Below are positions 1 to 5,870 of a stretch of DNA of 10,341 nucleotides, piece after piece. The position numbers were made by a program, and so were the translations under genes. The notes beneath the pieces are model-generated. The model made no database searches. It was not told the DNA's origin and saw nothing but the letters and a program-made list of their open reading frames with translations. Location: the NCBI GenBank assembly GCA_029564175.1, contig JAKQQL010000123.1:1-10341 (forward strand), written 5' to 3'. Source of the stretch: Candidatus Cloacimonadota bacterium. Lineage in GTDB: Bacteria > Cloacimonadota > Cloacimonadia > Cloacimonadales > WRIO01. Position 1 is the stretch's first letter. Each line of letters starts with the position of its first letter.

Positions 1-36
1 TATTGGCTCATTTTTCTTTGTCTTTGGTTGATTCAT
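1..36 (-). CDS. 5' end of an unidentified gene running off the left edge (MNQPKTKKNEPI...)
   Basis: Minus-strand ATG at 36-34, preceded 6 nt upstream by AAGGAG (ctcctt at 43-48). The frame is open to position 1. Too short to assign a product. Confidence 0.55.
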   Translation of the reverse strand, partial: MNQPKTKKNEPI

Positions 37-279
37 GATCTACTCCTTGTCTTTTTTATTTTCAAATTCAATAAAACAAAGAGTTGGATCTGGATCAACC
101 TTTTTTTTTATCTTTTTACACCAACTTTTGAGATGTTATCGCTTTCTAAGCAACTTTTTCTATTTTACGATATACTTTTATAAGCATTTTCTATTCTTTT
201 TTTATAATTCTTTCTGACTAATTTTCATAAAGTTAGATAATTATACGTATCTTTTTTTTGTTTTGTTTAAAAAAAAGTA

Positions 280-308
280 TTGACAGGAAAACCTGCTTTC
301 GATAAAAA
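280..308 (+). promoter_or_regulatory. Putative sigma70 promoter for the tRNA-Asn pair
   Basis: Perfect TTGACA at 280-285, a 17-nt spacer and a weak -10 (TAAAAA, 303-308). T/A tracts upstream (252-276) resemble an UP element. It lies ~30 nt before the tRNA. Confidence 0.55.
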
Positions 309-339
309 GGATTCATAAATGATAGACGTGATCATAAGT

Positions 340-415
340 TCCGGAGTGGCTCAGGGGTTAGAGCGGGTGGCTGTTAACCACTAGGTCGGGGGTTCAAATC
401 CCTCCTCCGGAGCCA
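340..415 (+). tRNA. tRNA-Asn (anticodon GTT), copy 1
   Basis: Cloverleaf: acceptor TCCGGAG/CTCCGGA, D stem GCTC/GAGC, anticodon stem GGTGG/CCACT with loop CTGTTAA (GTT at 373-375), T arm GGGGG-TTCAAAT-CCCTC, discriminator G, encoded CCA; 76 nt. Confidence 0.97.
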
Positions 416-422
416 TAAATTT

Positions 423-446
423 AAGGCAGGTGAAAGCCTGCTTTTT
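423..446 (+). terminator. Terminator-like or processing hairpin after tRNA copy 1
   Basis: aaggcaggt-GAAA-gcctgcttttt: GC-rich stem, GNRA loop and a 5-T tract. It is a weaker version of the hairpin at 562-588. Confidence 0.65.
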
Positions 447-479
447 AATGTCTTATCATTCATAGAAGTGAGTCCAAGT

Positions 480-555
480 TCCGGAGTGGCTCAGGGGTTA
501 GAGCGGGTGGCTGTTAACCACTAGGTCGGGGGTTCAAATCCCTCCTCCGGAGCCA
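480..555 (+). tRNA. tRNA-Asn (anticodon GTT), copy 2
   Basis: Identical to 340-415, offset by exactly 140 bp; encoded CCA. Confidence 0.97.
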
Positions 556-561
556 TAAATT

Positions 562-588
562 AAAGCAGGCGAAAGCCTGCTTTTTTTT
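562..588 (+). terminator. Rho-independent terminator
   Basis: aaagcaggc-GAAA-gcctgcttt perfect stem running into an 8-T tract. Confidence 0.85.
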
Positions 589-600
589 CTGAGATATTTT

Positions 601-1120
601 TCTCGCTAAGATCGCAAAGTTCGCAAAGATTTTTTATTTGACCTTCTCCATTGAGTTCTTTGGGAAAACTATTTTCTGGATAAATTACATACTCTTTCTT
701 CTTGAAACCATTGGCGTTCTCAGCACTCTTTGCGAGAAAACTTTTAAGCTTTCACAAATCACTTATAACCCTTTTGATCCCATTCTTTTTTCTCTCGCTA
801 AGATCGCAAAGTTCGCAAAGATTTTTCATTTGACCTTCTCCATTGAGTTCTTTGAGAGAAACACTTTTCTGTACAAAACACTTCCTCTTTCTTCTTGAAA
901 CCATTGGCGTTCTCAGCACTCTTTGCAAGAACCCCTTTAAAAATTTACAAATCACTTACAACTCTTTTGATTCCATTCTTTTTTCTCTCGCTAAGATCGC
1001 AAAGTTCGCAAAGATTTCTATTTTTATAATCTCCTTTGTGTTCATGTGAGAAATAAGGTTCTTTCTTCCTGAATACCTTTGCGTTCTTATCGCTCTTTGC
1101 GAGACACTCTTTTTAAAACA
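601..1120. repeat. REP/BIME-like array, left part: three A...B inverted pairs, period 192-193 bp
   Basis: A element TCTCGCTAAGATCGCAAAGTTCGCAAAG at 601-628, 793-820 and 986-1013. B element (consensus CTTTGCGTTCTTAGCGCTCTTTGCGAGA, 23/28 to the reverse complement of A) at 710-737, 903-930 and 1077-1104. The sequences between elements are homologous across units. Confidence 0.95.
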
Positions 1121-1498
1121 TCATAATTTATTTACTACCCTTTTGATTCCATTCTTTAATATGTTTTCATTAAAGTTAATGAGTAAACCAAGCTTCAGAT
1201 TTGAAAGTCTAAGATAAGTCAGAAGCTGTTTAAAATGAATATCTTCTAAGTTTCGAACTGATTTTAACTCCAAAATAAGTAGGTCATTAACAATAACGTC
1301 AGCACGAAATCCCTCATCTATAATAAATCCATCATACTCAATAAAAATGGTTTTTTGATTATCAGCCTTAAAACCGTTTTTTCTTAATTCATGAACAAGT
1401 GCTTTTTCGTATGCGGACTCAAGAAGACCTGGACCAAGTGTTTTATGAACTTTTATTGCCAATCCAATTACCATCTTACTCAATTCATTCTCATCCAT
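1121..1498 (-). CDS. GxxExxY family protein (PD-(D/E)XK nuclease superfamily), 125 aa
   Basis: Signature VHKTLGPGLLESAYEKAL (GxxExxY), then FRADVIVNDLLILELKSV (D...ExK), QLLTYL, GLLINF and C-terminal GIKRV. Start moved from 1573 to the ATG at 1498 (MDENELS...), which has an AAGGGTG RBS; the longer 5' extension runs through repeat DNA. Confidence 0.92.
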   Translation of the reverse strand: MDENELSKMVIGLAIKVHKTLGPGLLESAYEKALVHELRKNGFKADNQKTIFIEYDGFIIDEGFRADVIVNDLLILELKSVRNLEDIHFKQLLTYLRLSNLKLGLLINFNENILKNGIKRVVNKL

Positions 1499-2049
1499 TG
1501 TTACACCCTTATCGTTCTTTGTAAGAAACACTATTCTGTACATAATATATTCTTTTTTCTTCTTGAAAACCATTACAATTTCGTGTTCTTTACGAGAATA
1601 ACTGTTCAGTTCCTTCTTCTTGAAACCCTTTGCGTTCTTAGCGCTCTTTGCGAGAATAACTTTCTAATATTTTACAAATCATTTACAACCCTTTTATCCC
1701 TTTTTTTTCTCTCGCTAAGATCGCAAAGTTCGCAAAGATTTCTCATTTCATCTTCTAAATTGAGTTTGTTTGAAAAATATTTCTGTATAAAAATTCTTCC
1801 TCTTCCTCCTGAATACCTTTGCGTTCTTAGCGCTCTTTGCGAGAAAACTTTTAAGCTTTCACAAATCACTTATAACCCTTTTAATCCCTTTTTTTTCTCT
1901 CGCTAAGATCGCAAAGTTCGCAAAGATTTTTTTTGACCTTCTCTAATGCGTTATTTGAGTGATCACTTTTTTGGATAAATTACTTCCTCTTTCTTCCTGA
2001 ATACCTTTGCGTTCTCTGCGCTCTTTGCGAGATACTCTTTTAAACATTA
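1499..2049. repeat. REP/BIME-like array, right part
   Basis: Degenerate spacer plus B at ~1514-1597. B at 1628-1655, 1817-1844 and 2005-2032. A at 1710-1737 and 1898-1925 (period 188). Same orientation as the left part. Confidence 0.95.
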
Positions 2050-2475
2050 TTAGTCATTTATATGCTTTATGAGATAATCAATTAATTCTGTTTTTATCTC
2101 ATCACGAATTCTTCTAAATACTGGCAATGCAATATCATCTGGCTGATCATTATAATCAGCCGGATCTTCAAAACCTATATGTGCAGATTTTACCGGCTTT
2201 AAAAACACAGGACATGATTCTTTAGCATGATCACATACGGTTATGACTAAATCCAGATCATCTCTCTGTAAAAACTCAATGACAGATTTTGACCGATAGG
2301 AGCTGATATCTATTCCGATTTCCTTCATGACCTCAATTGCTCTTGGATTAACCACAGAGGGATTCACTCCGGCAGAAAATGCCTGCCATTCTCCTTTACA
2401 AAACTCATTTACTAATGCTTCAGCCATGATACTTCGGCATGAATTACCGGTACAGAGAATTAATACTCTTTTCAT
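2050..2475 (-). CDS. arsC: Arsenate reductase, LMW-PTP/thioredoxin-coupled type
   Basis: P-loop LCTGNSCRS, VITVCDHAKESCP (two resolving Cys) and the FEDP motif; downstream of acr3. Confidence 0.93.
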   Translation of the reverse strand: MKRVLILCTGNSCRSIMAEALVNEFCKGEWQAFSAGVNPSVVNPRAIEVMKEIGIDISSYRSKSVIEFLQRDDLDLVITVCDHAKESCPVFLKPVKSAHIGFEDPADYNDQPDDIALPVFRRIRDEIKTELIDYLIKHIND

Positions 2476-2531
2476 TTTAACTCCTTTTTTAATTGATGAT
2501 TCTACTTTAAACTTTGTTTTAAAGGCTTCAT

Positions 2532-2560
2532 TTTCGTGTTTTTTCGAGTTTTTCGTGGTT
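2532..2560. repeat. Solitary tripartite short repeat TTTCGTG-TTT-TTTCGAG-TT-TTTCGTG-GTT
   Basis: Three heptamers at 9-10 bp period in the acr3-arsC intergenic gap. Confidence 0.5.
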
Positions 2561-2584
2561 CACACACTTTGTTTAGTAAGATCA

Positions 2585-3634
2585 TTAATGAAACCTGTGT
2601 TTTGTTTTGTTGGCTATCTTAACCAAAGTCAGCATGACAGGCACTTCCACCAATACACCTACAATTGTCGCCAAGGCAACCGGTGAAGTCATTCCAAACA
2701 ATGAGATTGCCACAGCCACAGACAATTCAAAGAAATTTGATGCACCGATCATCCCGGCTGGGGCTGCCACATCATGAGGTAATCTAAGCTTTTTTGCACT
2801 CAGATAGGCAATAAAAAATATCAGGAAGGTCTGTATTGTCAAAGGAATCGCTATCAAAAAGATATGAAGCGGATTTTCTAAGATAACTTTCCCCTGAAAA
2901 GCGAATATGATGATTAATGTCAAAAGCAAACCTATAATTGTTACATGATTAAACTTCTTAATAAAGACCTGGTTGAAATAATCCAATCCTTTATGTTTGA
3001 TGACACTGTTTCTTGTCAAAACGCCGGCACTTAAAGGAATAACAACGAAAAGCACTACAGACAGTAATAATGTATTCCAGGGGATACTAATCCCTCCTAT
3101 CCCTAATAAAAGGGCAACAATGGGTGTAAAAGCAAGCAAAATGATTAAATCATTGGTTGCCACCTGAACGACTGTATAGGCTGGATTACCTTTTGTCAGA
3201 TGACTCCAGACAAAGACCATTGCAGTACAAGGCGCAGCACCTAAGAGAATTGCGCCTGCCAGATAATCTTTAGCCAGTTCAGCCGGAATAAAAGCCTTAA
3301 ACACGACAAAAAAGAAAAACCAGGCGATAACATACATCGTAAATGGTTTGATCAGCCAGTTAGTAACCCATGTAACATAGAGACCCTTTGGGTTCTTCCC
3401 CACATGCTTAATACTGGCAAAGTCAACTTTCATCATCATCGGATATATCATTAACCAAATTAATATGGCAATCGGAATGGATACCTGTGCATATTCAAAT
3501 TGCCCTAAAAATTGAGGGATACCAGGCAGATACTTACCAATCAATATTCCTATCCCCATACAGGCTGTGACCCATATTGTCAGGTATTTTTCGAAGAAAT
3601 TAATACCTTCATTTGAGTGTTTATTGTCTCTCAT
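2585..3634 (-). CDS. acr3: ACR3 family arsenite efflux transporter
   Basis: FFEKYLTIWV, LMIYPMM, NWLIKPF, APCTAMVFVWS, GASNFFELSVAVA and GVLVEVPVML motifs; about 10 hydrophobic segments; 349 aa. Often annotated arsB. Confidence 0.96.
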   Translation of the reverse strand: MRDNKHSNEGINFFEKYLTIWVTACMGIGILIGKYLPGIPQFLGQFEYAQVSIPIAILIWLMIYPMMMKVDFASIKHVGKNPKGLYVTWVTNWLIKPFTMYVIAWFFFFVVFKAFIPAELAKDYLAGAILLGAAPCTAMVFVWSHLTKGNPAYTVVQVATNDLIILLAFTPIVALLLGIGGISIPWNTLLLSVVLFVVIPLSAGVLTRNSVIKHKGLDYFNQVFIKKFNHVTIIGLLLTLIIIFAFQGKVILENPLHIFLIAIPLTIQTFLIFFIAYLSAKKLRLPHDVAAPAGMIGASNFFELSVAVAISLFGMTSPVALATIVGVLVEVPVMLTLVKIANKTKHRFH

Positions 3635-3649
3635 TATTTTTTCTTTCTT

Positions 3650-3949
3650 TTATTCATGACAAACACATTCATCTTTTGGCTCTGTTAAATGGCTGATTAA
3701 CTGATTTACTTTTCCAATCGTATTCGGATTGATTGAATAGTAAATAGAAGTGCCTTCTTTTCTGGCATTAACAATCTCCTGCTCAGTTAAAATCTTCATA
3801 TGATGAGACAGGGTTGATTGTGATATGGATAAAAGCCTCAGAACATCCGTTGCATGCATTTCATGACAGGAAATCATTTCCAAAATCTGCATCCTGACCG
3901 GATCTGCAATCGCTTTTAACAATTTTGCTTCAATTTCAAACTTTATCAT
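3650..3949 (-). CDS. arsR: ArsR/SmtB family transcriptional repressor
   Basis: KAIADPVRMQIL, ISQSTLSHHMKIL (HTH) and RKEG..IYYSIN (wing). First gene of the ars operon; AAGGAGAG RBS. Confidence 0.92.
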   Translation of the reverse strand: MIKFEIEAKLLKAIADPVRMQILEMISCHEMHATDVLRLLSISQSTLSHHMKILTEQEIVNARKEGTSIYYSINPNTIGKVNQLISHLTEPKDECVCHE

Positions 3950-3959
3950 ATTCTCTCCT

Positions 3960-4007
3960 TATATGCTTCTAATAATAATATAAGCATATATCGAAGATTG
4001 TCAATAT
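3960..4007 (-). promoter_or_regulatory. ars promoter with candidate ArsR operator(s)
   Basis: Minus-strand TTGACA (3999-4004) with -10 TATATT (3977-3982, 16-nt spacer) or TATTAT (3975-3980, 18-nt spacer). Imperfect palindrome ATATCGA-N6-TCAATAT (3988-4007) overlaps the -35. Perfect inverted repeat TATATGCTT-N13-AAGCATATA (3960-3990) spans the -10. Confidence 0.7.
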
Positions 4008-4116
4008 TTATATTAATCGATTTTGTTAAAATAAAACAATCGTATTGTTAAGTTTTGAAAAATTTGTTAAATCTGATTTACATGGGTCAAAAAGGATAGC
4101 TGACTCTGCCTTTGTA

Positions 4117-4140
4117 AGGATAACTGTCCTCAGTTATCCT
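4117..4140. other. Perfect 10-bp stem-loop, possibly ending or stabilising the kinase-operon transcript
   Basis: AGGATAACTG-tcct-CAGTTATCCT, ~85 bp downstream of the last operon gene. No U-tract on either strand. Confidence 0.5.
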
Positions 4141-4223
4141 ATAAGATGAAGCTCAATCAAAAGGTTAGTGCTTTGAGATAATCCTATAGTTTTATGTGTA
4201 AATTTTCACGAAAGCTGTTAATA

Positions 4224-4775
4224 TTATTTTATCTTTCCAGAAGATTTGAACAATGGTTTTAACAATTCTCCAATCTGTTTAAAGGTGGAATCCATTCCAA
4301 TCATAATTTCTGTTTGATGTTTTTCAATGATTGACTTAGAATCAATTACTATCTCTTCTTTTACTTTTTTATTAAATCGAAAACCTTGATATTTAACTTC
4401 AACCGTTCCCATTACTGAGAATTCATTTTTTTTAAAGAGTGAAAACAACAGCCGATTGATGGGGATTTCAGACTGAACCCTAATGACATTTTCTTGATTC
4501 GATTTAATAAGAACAGGCGTTTTGAAGTCTAAAGGGCTTATATTCAGCTGATCTGCATATATACATAAGTCAGATTGAGTGATATACACATCAAGCGGTG
4601 CAGAATGTGTTAAAAGAATATCAGCCTTTACATGCACTTTACCATTTTTAACACGAATTTCTCTGATATTCGGTTTGATTGTAATCTGACTCTGTTTATA
4701 CACCATCACAGCGATAACAAATATAGCAAGAATAATCCCAAAAATCATTGCCAAAATAGTTTTCTTTAAGTTCAT
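4224..4775 (-). CDS. Membrane-anchored hypothetical protein, possibly LEA_2/WHy-like
   Basis: N-terminal hydrophobic anchor followed by alternating beta-strand patterns; AAGGCAGGA RBS; last gene of the operon. The fold assignment is tentative. Confidence 0.65.
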   Translation of the reverse strand: MNLKKTILAMIFGIILAIFVIAVMVYKQSQITIKPNIREIRVKNGKVHVKADILLTHSAPLDVYITQSDLCIYADQLNISPLDFKTPVLIKSNQENVIRVQSEIPINRLLFSLFKKNEFSVMGTVEVKYQGFRFNKKVKEEIVIDSKSIIEKHQTEIMIGMDSTFKQIGELLKPLFKSSGKIK

Positions 4776-4793
4776 TTATTCCTGCCTTAGAAT

Positions 4794-5558
4794 TTACATT
4801 CTTTTAATTGCATCAATTCTTTCTTGTGCATTCGGATGAGATGGTATGAAATCATTAATGCCCCGAATCCCTTGTTTCTTATACTTTTCTTCCATCAATT
4901 TCATTCTTTCAAAGAATTGAATGGCCCCTTGTTTTGAGTAACCTGCCTTTTTTAACATTTTGACAGCTAACTCATCTGCTGCCTTTTCATCGTTAATTTG
5001 AAAAGGCTGGTTATAAACCTGATAGGCAACATTGACTACTTCTCCAAACAAGGGATTAATCTGACCTGCACGAACTGCATATTGCACTTTTTTAATGGGA
5101 TGTTTTAACTCATTATGAGCAATCTCATGAGCAATAATAAAGGCAAGTTCGTCTTCACTCTTTATAAAATCAAGTATGCCGGTAAAAAGAAATACTGGCC
5201 CTCCGGCTACTGTAAATGCATTAATTTCCTTGTCTGATATAATAGAGTATTCATATTGGAGCTGAGTTCTTTTTACTTCTTTTTTTATTTTTTTAAAAAT
5301 ACTGTCAATTCTCCATTTTGAATGAGACCCTTTTTTCTTTTGGTTCAGAATCTTTTGTTTTAATTCCTGACCAATCAGTGTTTCCTCTTGATCTGACAAT
5401 GCAGTGATATCCAGAAGAGTCTGATTGACGGCATCAGCCACTTCCAGTCCAAAACCAATCATTTCTTTAATCTGACAGTACAAAGGGCTGCATAATAAAA
5501 ACAAGACTACTGAAAGATATTGAATAGCTGAGCCGGATTTCCTGAGTTTAACACACAT
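4794..5558 (-). CDS. M48 family zinc metallopeptidase, probably exported
   Basis: INAFTVAGG, ELAFIIAHEIAH (HExxH), EKAAD (third ligand) and SHP..QER; hydrophobic N-terminal segment. Start uncertain because it overlaps the upstream gene by 52 bp. Confidence 0.9.
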   Translation of the reverse strand: MCVKLRKSGSAIQYLSVVLFLLCSPLYCQIKEMIGFGLEVADAVNQTLLDITALSDQEETLIGQELKQKILNQKKKGSHSKWRIDSIFKKIKKEVKRTQLQYEYSIISDKEINAFTVAGGPVFLFTGILDFIKSEDELAFIIAHEIAHNELKHPIKKVQYAVRAGQINPLFGEVVNVAYQVYNQPFQINDEKAADELAVKMLKKAGYSKQGAIQFFERMKLMEEKYKKQGIRGINDFIPSHPNAQERIDAIKRM

Positions 5559-5869
5559 TTCCAGTTTCCTCCTGATTTTTCAAATAATAAAACACCTGGC
5601 AAATCGGTATGTCTGAATATCAAAACCGGTTTGTTTAAATCAAAGGTAAATTCTACCTTATACTGTGTTTTATCGACATTCGTATAGCCTTCTTTTGCTA
5701 CTTTAAATTTTACAACCTTATATTCATCACCAAGAATATCTTTAACATTCTGTCTGACGACATTAAACTGCTCTTTTTTTAGTTTATAAATATGGTAATT
5801 ACAAGCAGTCAGAAAGAGGATTGAACATATCAGCATACAGATTATACTTATTCTGATTTTTAATCTCAT
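5507..5869 (-). CDS. Putative lipoprotein, 120 aa
   Basis: MRLKIRISIICMLICSILF-LTAC signal with lipobox. The ATG at 5869 lies 1 nt after the PP2C stop and is preferred over 5899. Confidence 0.75.
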   Translation of the reverse strand: MRLKIRISIICMLICSILFLTACNYHIYKLKKEQFNVVRQNVKDILGDEYKVVKFKVAKEGYTNVDKTQYKVEFTFDLNKPVLIFRHTDLPGVLLFEKSGGNWKCVLNSGNPAQLFNIFQ

Positions 5870-5870
5870 G

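Noticed and set aside
35..217. 60-aa plus-strand ORF
   Set aside because: Phe-rich translation of T-rich intergenic DNA overlapping the upstream region of the divergent gene; no RBS.
752..1156. Diversity-generating retroelement TR/VR pair (copies of a gene's 3' end)
   Set aside because: No reverse transcriptase is in the window, the copies are only ~36 bp, and the differences are not confined to adenines of one template (e.g. AGG/AGA, TGA/TAA, indels).
1499..1573. N-terminal 25-aa extension of GxxExxY in the ORF track
   Set aside because: It lies in a degenerate repeat spacer. The ATG at 1498 has an RBS and gives a typical family N-terminus and length.
638..1906. Plus-strand ORFs 638-898, 843-1049 and 1391-1906, and the full-length minus ORFs 752-955 and 1672-1869
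   Set aside because: They are translations of repeat DNA (recurring LAKIAKFAK / LSALCE) or antisense to GxxExxY. Only the short ATG-initiated 3' parts of the minus ORFs are discussed as possible mini-ORFs.
601..2032. CRISPR array (28-32 bp identical repeats, regularly spaced, next to a nuclease)
   Set aside because: The period is ~190 bp, the intervening sequences are homologous to each other rather than unique spacers, they contain an inverted copy of the repeat, and no cas genes are present.
601..2032. Integron cassette array with attC sites, or a classical IS with terminal inverted repeats
   Set aside because: No RYYYAAC...GTTRRRY core-site ends, integrase, DDE/HUH transposase or target-site duplication was recognised.
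340..4223. Integrative element with attL/attR at tRNA-Asn
   Set aside because: No integrase, and no distal copy of the tRNA 3' end was found by eye. The second tRNA is complete and adjacent.
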